Shown here: in pieces, positions 1 through 10,403 of the stretch
Position numbering within the stretch: position 1 is the stretch's first letter
Layout: every line of letters begins with the position of its first letter
Assembly (NCBI GenBank): GCA_963700995.1
Contig: CAVOZP010000006.1
Location: forward strand, 69,544-133,543
DNA: 64,000 nucleotides
Reading direction: 5' to 3'
Source of the DNA: an uncultured Acidimicrobiales bacterium
Lineage (GTDB): Bacteria; Actinomycetota; Acidimicrobiia; Acidimicrobiales; JAHEJN01
Translations under genes and position numbers: made by a program
Notes under the pieces: model-generated
What the model was told of the DNA's origin: nothing
What the model saw: the letters and a program-made list of their open reading frames with translations, nothing else
Databases searched by the model: none

Positions 1-170
1 AAGGGGATGCTGAGCAGGAAGGCAGCCAGCCGAGCCGACCAGCCGATCGCACCAGGCATCACATGACTGACCGGTGCGCCGGGTGAACGGTGCAGCTTCA
101 GCTTGTACTTGTCTTCGGAGCCGGGCGGCTCCGGTGGGTACGGTGGGGGTAGAGGTCGCCGGCTGCTCAT
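1..170 (-). CDS. hypothetical protein, 5' part only (continues past left edge)
   Basis: Minus-strand frame is open from ATG at 168-170 to base 1; it is absent from the ORF track because it is truncated. Reads MSSRRPLPPPYPPEPPGSEDKYKLKLHRSPGAPVSHVMPGAIGWSARLAAFLLSIP. No family recognised. Confidence 0.3.
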   Translation of the reverse strand, partial: MSSRRPLPPPYPPEPPGSEDKYKLKLHRSPGAPVSHVMPGAIGWSARLAAFLLSIP

Positions 171-321
171 GTACTGAGCGTCACCCGACCCGTTCCAGGA
201 GTCGAGAGGCAAACGTCATGACCGGGCCGCGTGAGTGGTCCCGCACGCGATGGTCGTTGGCCTCTACCGACGCAGGGGCATGGCACGGACACTCGGAGTG
301 TCTCCCAGCCGGGGTGTCGTC

Positions 322-450
322 ATGGCGCGCTCGATTCATCTCACAGTTTCCGTAGTGCTGGCGCTCGTTCTCATCGGTGCCTTGGCCACATCACCTCCCG
401 ATGATCACCGCTGGTCTCGATACCTGTCTGCGCCGGGAATGGTGAACTGA
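322..450 (+). CDS. small hypothetical membrane protein (uncertain)
   Basis: Last in-frame ATG of track ORF 235..450. MARSIHLTVSVVLALVLIGALATSPPDDHRWSRYLSAPGMVN has one hydrophobic helix. Its stop abuts the ATG of the next gene at 452. Confidence 0.25.
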   Translation: MARSIHLTVSVVLALVLIGALATSPPDDHRWSRYLSAPGMVN

Positions 451-451
451 A

Positions 452-1669
452 ATGCGGCGCTCACCGAAGCTCACCCCTCCGGGGCCAGCTTGGCGGTTCT
501 GGTTGCCGTGGTGGGGGTGGGTGCTCGTGGGCTTGGCGGTGCTGGGAGCGGTGTTCTATCTCGGCGGCGGCTGGTACTTCGCGAACGTGTTGGAAACCGA
601 CGCGCTCGATGCCGAGCAGCGCCGGTCGGACCTTCTTTCGCCTGGGTTCGGCCGCATGGTCGTCGAAGTGGACGAGCAGAGTGTCCAGATCGGTCTCGGG
701 GACGATCCCGGTGAACTGCTGACCGACGGTGTCTGGGGCCTGGAATGGGCCGACGGCTATGGACAGGTCGGTGCGATCATCAACCACGACGATCAGGTCG
801 TGGTTCGCGAGTTCCGCCACCTGAGCGGTTCGAGCTTGGTCGCGGGCACGATGACGCGCCTTGATGAACATGGGTATAAGGGGGACCCGGGGTCGGCACT
901 CGATCTTGCCTTCAGCGAGGTGAGCTACTCCGGCGAGCTCGGCGAGTATCCGGCATGGCTGGTTGACGGCACCGCCGACACGTCGATCATTCTGGTCCAT
1001 GGAAACGGCATGACCCGCGAGGACGCCCTACGCGTGTTGCCGGTGTTCCACCGGGAGGGATACCCCACGTTGACGATCACTTTCCGCAACGACCCGGGCG
1101 CGCCCAAAGACCCTAGTGGCAGGCTGGGCTACGGCACCACCGAGTGGAAAGACGTCGAGGACGCCGTGCGCTTTGCGCTGGGCGAAGGTGCCTCGGAGGT
1201 AGTCCTGTTCGGCTACAGCATGGGCGGCGGAATCGTGACGAGCTTCCTCTACGAGTCGGCTCTGGCCGATGACGCGGTCAGTGGCGTCATCTTGGACGCC
1301 CCGATGCTCGACTTCGGCCGGACCGTCGACTTCCACGCGGGCCAAGAAAAGCTCCCTGTCGTAGGGCTCGGAGTGCCGCAGTCGCTGACCAGCGTGGCGA
1401 AGTGGATGGCGGGATGGCGCTTCGACCTGAACTGGGCAGCCCTCGACTACCTCGACCGGGCCGACGAGTTGAACGTGCCCATCCTGTTGTTCCACGGCAC
1501 CGCAGACCAAGACGTACCCATCGCAACGAGCGATGACCTCGCCGCGGCCCGACCCGACCTGGTGACCTATCGGTCAGTCATCGGGGCCGGCCACATGGAG
1601 AGCTGGAACGTCGACTCCGCCGCCTACGAGACGGCCATCGTAGAGTTCCTGACCCGGATCGCCCAGTAG
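452..1669 (+). CDS. alpha/beta-hydrolase fold protein with N-terminal membrane anchor
   Basis: Track ORF of 405 aa. Hydrophobic N-terminus WVLVGLAVLGAVFYLGGGWYF, ILVHGNGMT motif and nucleophile elbow GYSMGG (G-x-S-x-G). Overlapping antisense ORFs are Arg/Pro-rich. Confidence 0.85.
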   Translation: MRRSPKLTPPGPAWRFWLPWWGWVLVGLAVLGAVFYLGGGWYFANVLETDALDAEQRRSDLLSPGFGRMVVEVDEQSVQIGLGDDPGELLTDGVWGLEWADGYGQVGAIINHDDQVVVREFRHLSGSSLVAGTMTRLDEHGYKGDPGSALDLAFSEVSYSGELGEYPAWLVDGTADTSIILVHGNGMTREDALRVLPVFHREGYPTLTITFRNDPGAPKDPSGRLGYGTTEWKDVEDAVRFALGEGASEVVLFGYSMGGGIVTSFLYESALADDAVSGVILDAPMLDFGRTVDFHAGQEKLPVVGLGVPQSLTSVAKWMAGWRFDLNWAALDYLDRADELNVPILLFHGTADQDVPIATSDDLAAARPDLVTYRSVIGAGHMESWNVDSAAYETAIVEFLTRIAQ

Positions 1670-1866
1670 TGCAGAGTGCTCCCAGCCGGTTCGGTCCCTC
1701 GAGACTGCCGGTGACTGAAGCCTCTGGCGGGACGTCGAGGTGGATCGTACGGTTCGCGTTGACAGAAGGCCGGAGGCGGTGAGTGTCATGCGCGGACCCT
1801 TGGCTTCATTGATGGTGCTCGGAATGTCTCGCGTCGGGCTGTGCCGGTGAGGATGCGGGTGTCGAG

Positions 1867-2990
1867 GTGATCGAGCCCACGCCTGTGGTCGAGGCGACGG
1901 CAACACCCGAGTCCGTCGAGACCGATGAGCCTTCGCCCACCGAAACTGAGCCGAGCCCGACGCCAGATCGTGTGCCAACGGTCGAGGCGGCTCCAACTCT
2001 CGAATCGGCCGCCACCGCCGATGCGCCGTCGTACTTGATTGCGGGACCTGACGGCGTGTTCAGAGTTGTCGATGGGACACGAACCCCGGTGTCGGACCGC
2101 AACGACATTCTGGTCGCCTTCGATGACGGCGCCGGTGGTGTCGTCACCTATGCCGGTGATGACGAAACGGAGATCGTTGAGCATCTGCGAGCGGGCACAG
2201 ACGTGCCGGTAGTGCTGGCCACAGACGCCTACCCGGTGTTCACTTCGCTGGTTGCAGGGCGTCCGACGCTGGCGCTGTCCGGAGTGAGGACGGGGGCCTG
2301 TGATGACGCCGACGCGTTCGATTTCGTGCTGGTCGACCTTGCCACGACCAACAGCCGTGTGTATCGGTCCTGCATCCCCCTCGAGTCGGGTGAGAGCCCA
2401 CCGCAATCGATGGCGGCGAGTTGGCGGTCTCTGTCAGCTACGACGGGTGGCCGGACGAGGCTCCCATCTCGTATGGGATCGTGTTCCGAGACCTCGCCGG
2501 CGACGAGGTCGAGATGGCCGCCAATCCGTGGTCACAACGGTGCCAGTGGTGCACCCTCCAGCCGCGTCTTTCACCCGACGGGCGCTTGCTCGCTCTCCGG
2601 GAGCTCACGCCTGACCCGGTCGATCTGGGTGCAGACGATTGGGACGATTTCGCTGCCTTGCCCCTCGACGAGCAATGGCGTCGATGGGACCAGCCGTGGA
2701 CCTCGACGGTGCTCCACTTTCGTGTGATCGATCTCGAAACCGCGCAGGTGCTGTTCGAAGAAGATCGAGTCGTGGACTCCGGGTCACGTTGGAATGGGGC
2801 CCTTGTCGACTTCGATGGCCGATTCCTCCTCTGGCGAGACGAATACTTCGACGAGGAATACGTGAAGGGCGAGATGCACATCACCGACACCGTGACCGGC
2901 GAGGAGGTCACAGTGCGGCCCGATGCCGGGCCCACCGAGACGAACACCTATGAGATTCGGTTCCTGCTACCCGGCGATCCCGAAAGCTGA
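1867..2990 (+). CDS. secreted or lipoprotein-like hypothetical protein, frame broken near 2394-2420
   Basis: Track ORFs 1867..2727 and 2421..2990 read as one protein if the frame changes between 2394 and 2420 (..CIPLESGESPP / AIDGGELAVSVSYDGWPDEAP..). Pro/Thr/Glu-rich linker at the N-terminus. A lipobox-like LASGC lies in frame just upstream (1828-1842), but the signal peptide appears to sit in another frame. Confidence 0.5.
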
Positions 2991-3006
2991 CAACGCTCTC
3001 GTCGCG

Positions 3007-3155
3007 CATCCCATCCGCCATCCCATCTACTCCACGGGATTCGCGTCACCAGCCGGACGGGGCATCACGGGATCGCACGGTTTCGCAGCTCCTGGGCGGT
3101 TGTCGGTGTCTTGCCAAGGTTGAGGTCGCCGGTTCGAACCCGGTCATCCGCTCCA
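3007..3155 (+). repeat. tRNA-Gly(GCC) 3'-half-containing repeat, copy 1
   Basis: About 150 nt shared by eye with 9750-9898 and 16004-16152. Bases 3110-3155 (CTTGCCAAGGTTGAGGTCGCCGGTTCGAACCCGGTCATCCGCTCCA) match the anticodon loop (GCC), variable loop, T arm (GCCGG/TTCGAAC/CCGGT), 3' acceptor strand and CCA of a tRNA-Gly. No complementary 5' acceptor strand (GCGGATG) or D arm lies upstream and the anticodon stem is mismatched. The repeat starts with the double box CATCCCATCCGCCATCCCATC. Confidence 0.8.
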
Positions 3156-3307
3156 GGTAAAAGCCCAGGTCCCGCCCGGTTTTCCGAGCGGGGCCTGGTG
3201 ACTTTGGGCGCTCATCCCGTCCAGCCATCCCCTCCACTGCAGCTGTTTGCTTGCTGAAGTCCTCACAACTGAGGTAGGCGCTCGAGTGGGCCGGATCGCG
3301 ACACGAT
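3153..3307 (+). repeat. module B repeat, copy 1 (hairpin + CATCCC boxes + 33-nt conserved core)
   Basis: Aligns by eye with 12395-12549, from CCAGGTAAA.. through ..GCGACACGAT. Includes an identical 33-mer TCCTCACAACTGAGGTAGGCGCTCGAGTGGGCC at 3260-3292 and 12502-12534. Confidence 0.8.
3164..3198 (+). terminator. GC-rich hairpin directly after the tRNA-like end
   Basis: CCCAGGTCCCGC / loop CCGGTTTTCCGA / GCGGGGCCTGG. There is no long T tract (I-shaped, as is common in actinobacteria). Confidence 0.5.
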
Positions 3308-3386
3308 TTTCGGAGAATCTTCGATCTCGAACCCAGCAGATGGCTCGCGTGGTTCCGCGATTTTGAGCTTGGCGGGAGCGATGGTT

Positions 3387-4171
<785 letters not shown>

Positions 4172-4729
4172 AACGACACCCCAATCTCAACTGCACTCGA
4201 ATCATCCCGACGGCGATACGCCACCGGTAGAGGCCAAGGTCAACAGTGCGTGGCCGGCCACCTCGTAGGACCAACGTTGTGCGCTCAGCCGCTTCGGCTG
4301 TAGTGAAGTCCTGAGGTTTGGAGGCCGCTGCTGCTGCCTGGCTTTCCGCAGGTGGCTGAGCGGCCCAGTCGCTCCAGTGCTGGCTCCGCTCCGCCAGCCA
4401 ACGGCGTCGAACGGACAGGCGTGGATGTCACCGGTGGGCGGGTCAGAGAGCGTCGCTGTCGGGGGATTCGCCTATCCCATATGTCAGCCGATATTCGGTA
4501 TCGGATGCGTGTCACGGTTCGAACGGGGAGCACCACGTCGCACGGCTCGAGTACGGGATGGATCTCGGCCCGGGTGAGGCGTGGCTCGTTCGTCAGTAGT
4601 CGCAGGACGTGTTCGTCTAGAGATCGAACGAAGAACGTCGAGCAAGGGTTTGAGTGTGGCCACCAGCCAAGTCGCAACACTCGTATGGTGTCGTTCGGTA
4701 AGGAGTCGTTGCCAAAGGAGTGCTCGCAG

Positions 4730-6037
4730 ATGACCGCCCCACTGGCCCACGGGAGCAGCCGGCAACCCCAACCGCCGCTGCCTCACTGGGACGCCACTCC
4801 CACCGACCTCAAGGCCGCGATCCGGGAGGTGAAGGTCGCAATCCGGGCACGCATCGAAGGCTCCGGTCGCACGGTCGAGCAGGTGTTCGCCGCTGTCGAG
4901 GAACGGATCGCCGAACGGGTCGCTGAGATTCGGGCCAATGGGGTTCGGGGCGAGAGTCCGTGGACAGTGATCGACTTCGACGACATCGCGAACGGCGCCG
5001 TCACAACGGGACAGTTCGTACATCTCCGTCGGAGCGGTTGCCTCGTCGTGCGCGGTCATTTCCAACGCGACCAGGCGTCGCGGTGGGACGCTGAGATCGT
5101 CGAGTACGTCGAGTCGAACGGGTTCTTCGACGGCTACCGCGGTCCGGGCGACGACTTCTTCGGCAGCGTCGGCTCGAGGCCGGAGATCTACCCGATCTAC
5201 TGGTCCCCCGCCCAGATGGAAGCGCGCCAGAGCGAACGAATGGCCGCCGTGCAATCCTTCCTCAACCACCGCTGGGCCTTCGAGTCCAACGGGGTGCGCT
5301 GGTTCGACCCCGACCGCCACGCGCTGTACCCAGACCGCATCCGCCGCCGCCCGCCCGGTACCGACTCGGCCGGGCTCGGCGCCCACGCCGACCCGGGCAC
5401 GCTCGACCTGTGGATGACCGACGCCTACCAATTGGCCTTCCGGCACCTGTTCGACGGCACCATCGAGGGCTACAACCCCTGGGACGCATCCCACCGCACC
5501 ACCGGGCCCCAGTACCCCGGATCCACCATGTGCTCGGCGTTCCGCACCTTCCAAGGCTGGACCGCGCTGTCGGACATGAACCACGACCAAGGCGTGCTCC
5601 ACGCCGTGCCGATCCCGCACGCCATCGCCTACCTCCTCCTGCGACCACTTCTCGACGACGTCGCCGACGACGACATGTGCGGCGTCACCGTCAACCAGGT
5701 GTTCCCCATCAACCACACCTGGCACCCGCTCCTCCTGGAAGCCCTCAGCCCGATCCCCGACGTCCGCGTCGGAGACTCAGTCTGGTGGCACTGCGACATC
5801 ATCCACGGTGTCGCGCCTGTCGAGAACCAACAGGGATGGGGCAATGTGATGTACATACCCGCCGCGCCGTGGTGTTCCCGCAACGAACAGTACGCCACCA
5901 GCGTGCGCAACGCCTTCCTCACCGGATTCAGCCCCACGGACTTCCCCGACGAACACTACGAGAGCACCTGGACCAACCGATTCCAACCCGAACAACTCAA
6001 CGACATCGGACGACACGGTCTCGCACTCGAATCCTGA
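4730..6037 (+). CDS. DUF1479 (YbiU-like) family protein
   Basis: Start moved to ATG 4730, which has AAGGAG about 10 nt upstream. Length and motifs recall E. coli YbiU-type proteins (..YWSPAQMEARQ.., ..GLGAHADPGTLDLWM.., ..WWHCDIIHGV..). The 126 upstream codons of the track ORF are Arg/Ser-rich. Confidence 0.75.
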   Translation: MTAPLAHGSSRQPQPPLPHWDATPTDLKAAIREVKVAIRARIEGSGRTVEQVFAAVEERIAERVAEIRANGVRGESPWTVIDFDDIANGAVTTGQFVHLRRSGCLVVRGHFQRDQASRWDAEIVEYVESNGFFDGYRGPGDDFFGSVGSRPEIYPIYWSPAQMEARQSERMAAVQSFLNHRWAFESNGVRWFDPDRHALYPDRIRRRPPGTDSAGLGAHADPGTLDLWMTDAYQLAFRHLFDGTIEGYNPWDASHRTTGPQYPGSTMCSAFRTFQGWTALSDMNHDQGVLHAVPIPHAIAYLLLRPLLDDVADDDMCGVTVNQVFPINHTWHPLLLEALSPIPDVRVGDSVWWHCDIIHGVAPVENQQGWGNVMYIPAAPWCSRNEQYATSVRNAFLTGFSPTDFPDEHYESTWTNRFQPEQLNDIGRHGLALES

Positions 6038-6241
6038 CGAGCTGAGCGCCTTCGATTCGGCGTTCGGAGGCGGCACTCGAACCCGCGCGGGGCACAGGGC
6101 CACCTCGGCTGTCGTAAACCGGTGTCGGTGTGACGATCCGATCAGCTTGTTCTGCGGCGTCGACCTCGGCCCGGGCAGGATGCGAGAGCCACCTCGGACA
6201 CATGTTCAGCGCGACTGTGATCTCGCAAGCGTTGTCAGGGC

Positions 6242-6846
6242 TCAAGTACGTGCCAATAGGTACCACCTCGGCTCGATTCGCTTGAGTGGAAACGGTAGGG
6301 CAGCCTCGTAGTCGAACTCGTCCACGATCGTCCAGCTGGGAAATGAGCGTGTGAGATCGTCCCGGCTGGCGCCAGGCGGTAACGGCCCACGGTGTGCCCT
6401 TCTCCACATCAGGATGAGCATCTCGGCATCAGGCCCAGCGACGGCGTTCACTCCTCGACCGAAAGCCATCCGCTGGTCGTCGTTCAGATGGTTGAAGCAT
6501 TCAGCATCGAGGAACAGCCTGAAGCCGTCGCCGACTCCGGCTTGTTCGAGGTCGGCGACGTCCCCCTCGAAGAACCTGGCCGTGACGTTCGCAGCACGGG
6601 CGCGTTGCGCGCGAGTTCGACGGCCTTCGGGACGACGTCGACGCCCACGACGTCCCAGCCTCGCTTCGCGAGTTCGATCGAGTATCGGCCGGTCCCGCAG
6701 CCGAGATCGAGCGCTGTTCGACGAGGAGTGTCGCAGCCGTCTTCGATCCGCTCCAGCAAGGAGCGCAGTTGGGCGAGCTGTGACTCGGTGTCGTCTTCCC
6801 ACGGGTGAAGTCCAAGCTTGTACATGAAGCGGTACCAGCGACTCAT
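6242..6846 (-). CDS. class I SAM-dependent methyltransferase, frame broken near 6600-6610
   Basis: [19 protein letters not shown].. then SAM motif [27 protein letters not shown]. The C-terminal half continues in track ORF 6242..6802 (..[22 protein letters not shown]..). Confidence 0.7.
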
Positions 6847-7025
6847 TCCGTCGAACCTAGAACACGACGACCGGGTCTCGCTCAGAGCATGCGCTTGTCC
6901 GCCTTTGCGACCCCTGCTCTGCACAACTCCTCACTAATGGCGGTCAAGGCGACGGATGGCTCGGTCGAGACGGGTCCGGCGTCGCCGGCAAGTGATCGAT
7001 GTTGCGCATGCGCTGCATCCGCCTG

Positions 7026-7775
7026 CTAGCTGTACTGGCGGAGTCGAGCGACGGTTCTGCCGTCGGGCTGGCGATAGTAGGTGAGGATTCCTGTTTCGGT
7101 CCGGTGTGATGAGAGCGCGACCTGTGGGCGTCTCGTGGCGTCGGGATCGTCGCGATCGACTCTGTTGACTCGGTCGATGGCGACTGTCGCGCCGTGACCA
7201 GCGGTTTCGGGTCCGATGTGAGAAGACGCATTTTGCGGCTCGACTCGCTGTCGGTGTTCGGCCATCCATGCGGAGCGTTCGGTGAACGCAGGCATCGATG
7301 CGACATGCTCTCTCGTGCTGCGACGAACGTTGAGTTCGGCATCGTCGAGGTCGACGGGCCATCGGGCGGGTTGTCTGACGTGCCACGGCGTGTCGCAGAA
7401 GAACTCGAGTCGGTTGTGCTCGGGGTCTGTCACGTACACCGACCACGAGGTCCCATGAGACACGGTCTCGGTCTGGAGCGGCTCGATGCGGTGCCGGTAC
7501 GCACGCAGGTCGTGGAGCGAGGCGAGCCGAAAGGCGATGTGGTCGATGCGTCGGGGCGTGCCACTGTCGCGGTCCTCGGTAAGGACGAGCTGATGGTGTT
7601 CGTCGGGAGATCGGCTCAGGAACACCATCGGACTCGGTCCGCTCGACGCGTCGGTGACGACGAATCCCAACATGTTGGTGTAGAAGTCGACCATCGGAGC
7701 GAGACGTTCGACCCGGATCTCGATATGCGCCAGCTGGAGCGCCGGTGCATCCGCTCCATGTTCAGCAGTTGACAT
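7026..7775 (-). CDS. VOC (glyoxalase/bleomycin-resistance/dioxygenase) family protein
   Basis: ..LAHIEIRVERLAPMVDFYTNMLGFVV..DEHHQLVL..IDHIAFRL..GTSWSVYVTDPEHNRLEFF. Start at 7775 or 7793. The upstream codons of the track ORF overlap marR. Confidence 0.75.
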   Translation of the reverse strand: MSTAEHGADAPALQLAHIEIRVERLAPMVDFYTNMLGFVVTDASSGPSPMVFLSRSPDEHHQLVLTEDRDSGTPRRIDHIAFRLASLHDLRAYRHRIEPLQTETVSHGTSWSVYVTDPEHNRLEFFCDTPWHVRQPARWPVDLDDAELNVRRSTREHVASMPAFTERSAWMAEHRQRVEPQNASSHIGPETAGHGATVAIDRVNRVDRDDPDATRRPQVALSSHRTETGILTYYRQPDGRTVARLRQYS

Positions 7776-7829
7776 CACTTCAGTAGTTGACATGACATCT
7801 AATCTACGCGAACTGGATGATATGTCAAC
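7768..7829. promoter_or_regulatory. candidate MarR operator: GTTGACAT x2 plus inverted ATGTCAAC
   Basis: GTTGACAT at 7768-7775 and 7786-7793, with its reverse complement ATGTCAAC at 7822-7829. These lie between, and overlap, the divergent VOC and MarR start codons. Confidence 0.4.
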
Positions 7830-8352
7830 CACATTGCTGAAAGTGGCGTACGATGCCGGGGTGGACAATGTCGACTGGCTCGATCCGCTCGAAGAGCGGG
7901 CTTGGCGCGGATTCCGACGCATCATCACGCTGATGCCACCCAGGATCGAACGCGATCTGCGAGTTGACGCTCAGCTCTCGGCTGCCGACTACGAAGTGCT
8001 CTCGAACCTCTCCGAACAGGAGAATCACTCCTACCGACTGATGGACCTTGCCGAACGACTTCTCTGGTCACGCAGCCGACTATCGCATCACCTCGAGCGG
8101 ATGGAAGCGCGCAACCTGATCACGCGACGTAGCAGTCCCGAAGACGGTCGAGGCGCAGTCGCAGAGTTGACCGAACATGGCCTTGCGACCGTCGTCGCGG
8201 CCGCGCCGAGCCACGTGGCATCCGTCCGCTCGCACTTCATCGATCTGCTCACACCATCTGAGCTCCAAGTGCTCGGAGACCTGTCCGAACGCGTCGTAGG
8301 ACACCTCGAGTCAAGCGCGCAGTCTGACGGCGACCGCGACACTGAGAGCTAA
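7792..8352 (+). CDS. MarR family transcriptional regulator
   Basis: Winged-helix core ..YRLMDLAERLLWSRSRLSHHLERMEARNLITRRSSPEDGRGAVAELTEHG... Alternative start at 7822. Confidence 0.9.
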   Translation: MTSNLRELDDMSTTLLKVAYDAGVDNVDWLDPLEERAWRGFRRIITLMPPRIERDLRVDAQLSAADYEVLSNLSEQENHSYRLMDLAERLLWSRSRLSHHLERMEARNLITRRSSPEDGRGAVAELTEHGLATVVAAAPSHVASVRSHFIDLLTPSELQVLGDLSERVVGHLESSAQSDGDRDTES

Positions 8353-8822
8353 CCGCGGACCCGCTTGTTCCATCGACGGTCTCAAGGGATCAACGCACAC
8401 ACCCGATTCGGCCCGTCAAAGTGCGGCCTGCGGCTTGGGCCGTTCCCCGAGGTCCTGGTCGGGGTTGCTCGCGAAGTGCCTGCCGGCTTGCCGTGTTGGT
8501 GTGTCTGGCTTTCGATCGAAGAGCGCTCCGGTCGGGGTCTCGCTGCGGGGTGGCGATCGGCCGTCCGCCGGGCCGATGACCGGCCTGTTGGTCGGCCCGG
8601 CGTCTGTTGGTTCGTCGTGAGACAGTTGATGTTGCGACGGTATCGAATGGCCATGGGCGCTTCCGTTTCGTGTTGATCCCTGTGGTAACAGGAGTCGCAG
8701 GGAGGCTCGGTGACAGTTGCGGCCGCGGCTGGGCCATTGACCCGACGCCCCAGCCGGAAGTTCCGGTCAGGGACACTCATCGTGGGTCCGGATCTGCCGG
8801 CGATCGTGCCGGAGCGGATGAG

Positions 8823-8852
8823 TTGACGCACCAACCATTGTGGCCGTACAAT
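8823..8852 (+). promoter_or_regulatory. sigma70-type promoter candidate for the TA operon
   Basis: TTGACG (8823-8828), 18-nt spacer, TACAAT (8847-8852). It sits 23 nt upstream of the antitoxin ATG, which is preceded by GGAGG. CCGTACA is directly repeated around the -10. Confidence 0.4.
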
Positions 8853-8874
8853 GTCCGTACAGTTTGGAGGCGAG

Positions 8875-9165
8875 GATGGCTACGAGCACGAAACGGACGC
8901 GGCAGTGAACGGCTCGAGGTTCGTACGACGCCACAGGACCGTGCGCTCATTGACAGCGCGGTGGCAGCGTCAGGTACTGATCTCACCGAGTTCGTTGTTG
9001 CCAATCTGACGGTCGCTGCTCGCCGGGTTCTGGCGGACCGGTTGGAGTTCTCTCTCGACGCCGAGGCTCGGGAGGCGTGGGAGAGGATCAATCGCCGCGA
9101 CGCCGCGGGACCTCGCTGGGCTTCGCGAGCTGATGGTTCGGCCGTCGCCGTTCGTCGACGGGTGA
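8875..9165 (+). CDS. DUF1778 (TacA-like) antitoxin, two frame breaks
   Basis: MATSTKRTR.. / ..ERLEVRTTPQDRALIDSAVAASGTDLTEFVVANLTVAARRVLADR..AWERI.. / ..PRDLAGLRELMVRPSPFVDG*. The three frame segments join near 8905 and 9100. The stop overlaps the toxin GTG (GTGA). Confidence 0.7.
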
Positions 9166-9680
9166 CGCGGCAGTATCTCCGCCCGAGGCTCCTAGGTCTC
9201 GACGACCAGCTCGACGGCTTCGTGTGTCGCTCCCCGGAGCAGAGCCAGTGGTTGCAGCATCATGCCCGGCAGGCGAACGCGACCGGAACTGCCCGAGTTC
9301 TTGTCGTGACTCAGCCAGGGAACGCCGAGGTGGTGGCGTACTACGCGTGGTCGATGGCGAGCATCGACGTGGCTGATGCGCCGGCACGGTTGCGGAAGGG
9401 CGCTGGGCGCTACCCGCAGCCGGTCGCGTTGTTGGCTCGCCTGGGCGTGTCGGTCGACCACGAGGGCCAGGGACTCGGTGCTGGCCTGGTGAACGACGTG
9501 GTCGCGAGAGTGGTCGAGGTTGGAATCGAGATCGGGTGCCGGGGGCTGCTGGTGCACGCCGAGACGAGTGAGGCCCGGGACTTCTATATGCACCTGATCC
9601 CGGAATTCGAACCGTCGCCAACCGACGAATTGCATCTCGTGTTGTTGATGAAGGACATCGTCCGAACCCTCGCGACGTGA
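9162..9680 (+). CDS. GNAT-family acetyltransferase toxin (TacT-like)
   Basis: ..VVAYYAWSMASIDV..RYPQPVALLARLGVSVDHEGQGLGAGLV..GCRGLLVHAETSEARDFYMHL... Shows the typical pairing with a DUF1778 antitoxin. Confidence 0.8.
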   Translation: MTRQYLRPRLLGLDDQLDGFVCRSPEQSQWLQHHARQANATGTARVLVVTQPGNAEVVAYYAWSMASIDVADAPARLRKGAGRYPQPVALLARLGVSVDHEGQGLGAGLVNDVVARVVEVGIEIGCRGLLVHAETSEARDFYMHLIPEFEPSPTDELHLVLLMKDIVRTLAT

Positions 9681-9737
9681 CCGTCCGGAGCGGAACCCCA
9701 AGGACGGAAGGGTCGAGCGGCATCGGTTGGCGCCCGC

Positions 9738-10007
9738 CGGGCACGATCTCATCCCATCCGCCATCCCATCTACTCCACGGGATCGGTGTCACTGGCCGGA
9801 CGGGGCATCACGGGATCGCACGGTTTCGCAGCTCCTGGGCAGGTATCGGTGTCTTGCCAAGGTTGAGGTCGCCGGTTCGAACCCGGTCATCCGCTCACAT
9901 AAGCGCAGGTCACGGCCACTTTTGGCCGTGACCTGACGCGTGGCCGGATTGGCGTCATCCCATCCGCTGTCCCATCCGCGTAACTTGACAGCGAAAACAT
10001 GGCACCG
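9738..10007 (+). repeat. tRNA-Gly(GCC) 3'-half-containing repeat, copy 2 (long form)
   Basis: Shares about 270 nt with 15992-16250: double CATCCCATCC box (from 9750), tRNA-like half 9853-9895 (followed by CAC, not CCA), perfect hairpin, second box TCATCCCATCCGCTGTCCCATCCGCGTAACTTGACA. Begins about 58 nt after the TacT stop. Confidence 0.85.
9906..9935 (+). terminator. perfect 13-bp hairpin after tRNA-like end
   Basis: CAGGTCACGGCCA CTTT TGGCCGTGACCTG. Confidence 0.6.
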
Positions 10008-10403
10008 CTCACAGGTCCGACTCGGGTGAAATCGAAGATCGCCAACCGGGCTGTCAGATCGACATCGGATCTGGTGCTGTTCCTCTCTTGAGCCACGACG
10101 CAGCTCTTGAGCCACGACGCAGCGAAGTCCGATCGAGTTGCCCTTCGTTCGATAGCCAGACCCACCAACGGGCCGGCAGGTCTTCGCGAGCAACCGCAGC
10201 TGGGTCCTCCCGAACGATACGGAACGCTGGCAACGCCCACCGAAAGCCCCGAGTAGGAACCTCTTGGATGCTCTGTGCGGGTCCGAGCCGGGCACACTTG
10301 TGGCGTGGGGTGGTTCGATCGAAATCGGCAGCGCTTGTACCGTAGGGCGGCGGAGCGGCAGGACAAGGGCTATCCCTCTTCTCTGCGGCGGCGGGTCGTC
10401 AGG

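Noticed and set aside
3080-3155. Canonical tRNA-Gly(GCC) gene (and likewise at 9823-9898 and 16077-16152)
   Set aside because: Numbering back from the CCA end gives a good T arm, variable loop and anticodon loop. However, the anticodon stem (GTGTC/GGTTG) has two mismatches and two wobbles, no D stem can be formed, and the required 5' acceptor strand GCGGATG is absent. I report it as a tRNA-derived repeat, not a tRNA.
4285-4680. 131-aa minus-strand ORF upstream of the DUF1479 gene (a short stretch, DEHVLRLLTNEPRLTRAEI, looks wHTH-like)
   Set aside because: There is no start context or extended family similarity that I can recognise, and the composition is poor outside that stretch. Left unannotated; it could be a decayed regulator.
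8607-9680. Single 357-aa protein as given by the ORF track
   Set aside because: It is a composite. Non-coding-looking sequence, most of a DUF1778 antitoxin and a complete GNAT toxin happen to share a frame. The antitoxin has its own RBS and ATG (8875) and its own stop (9163-9165) in other frames.
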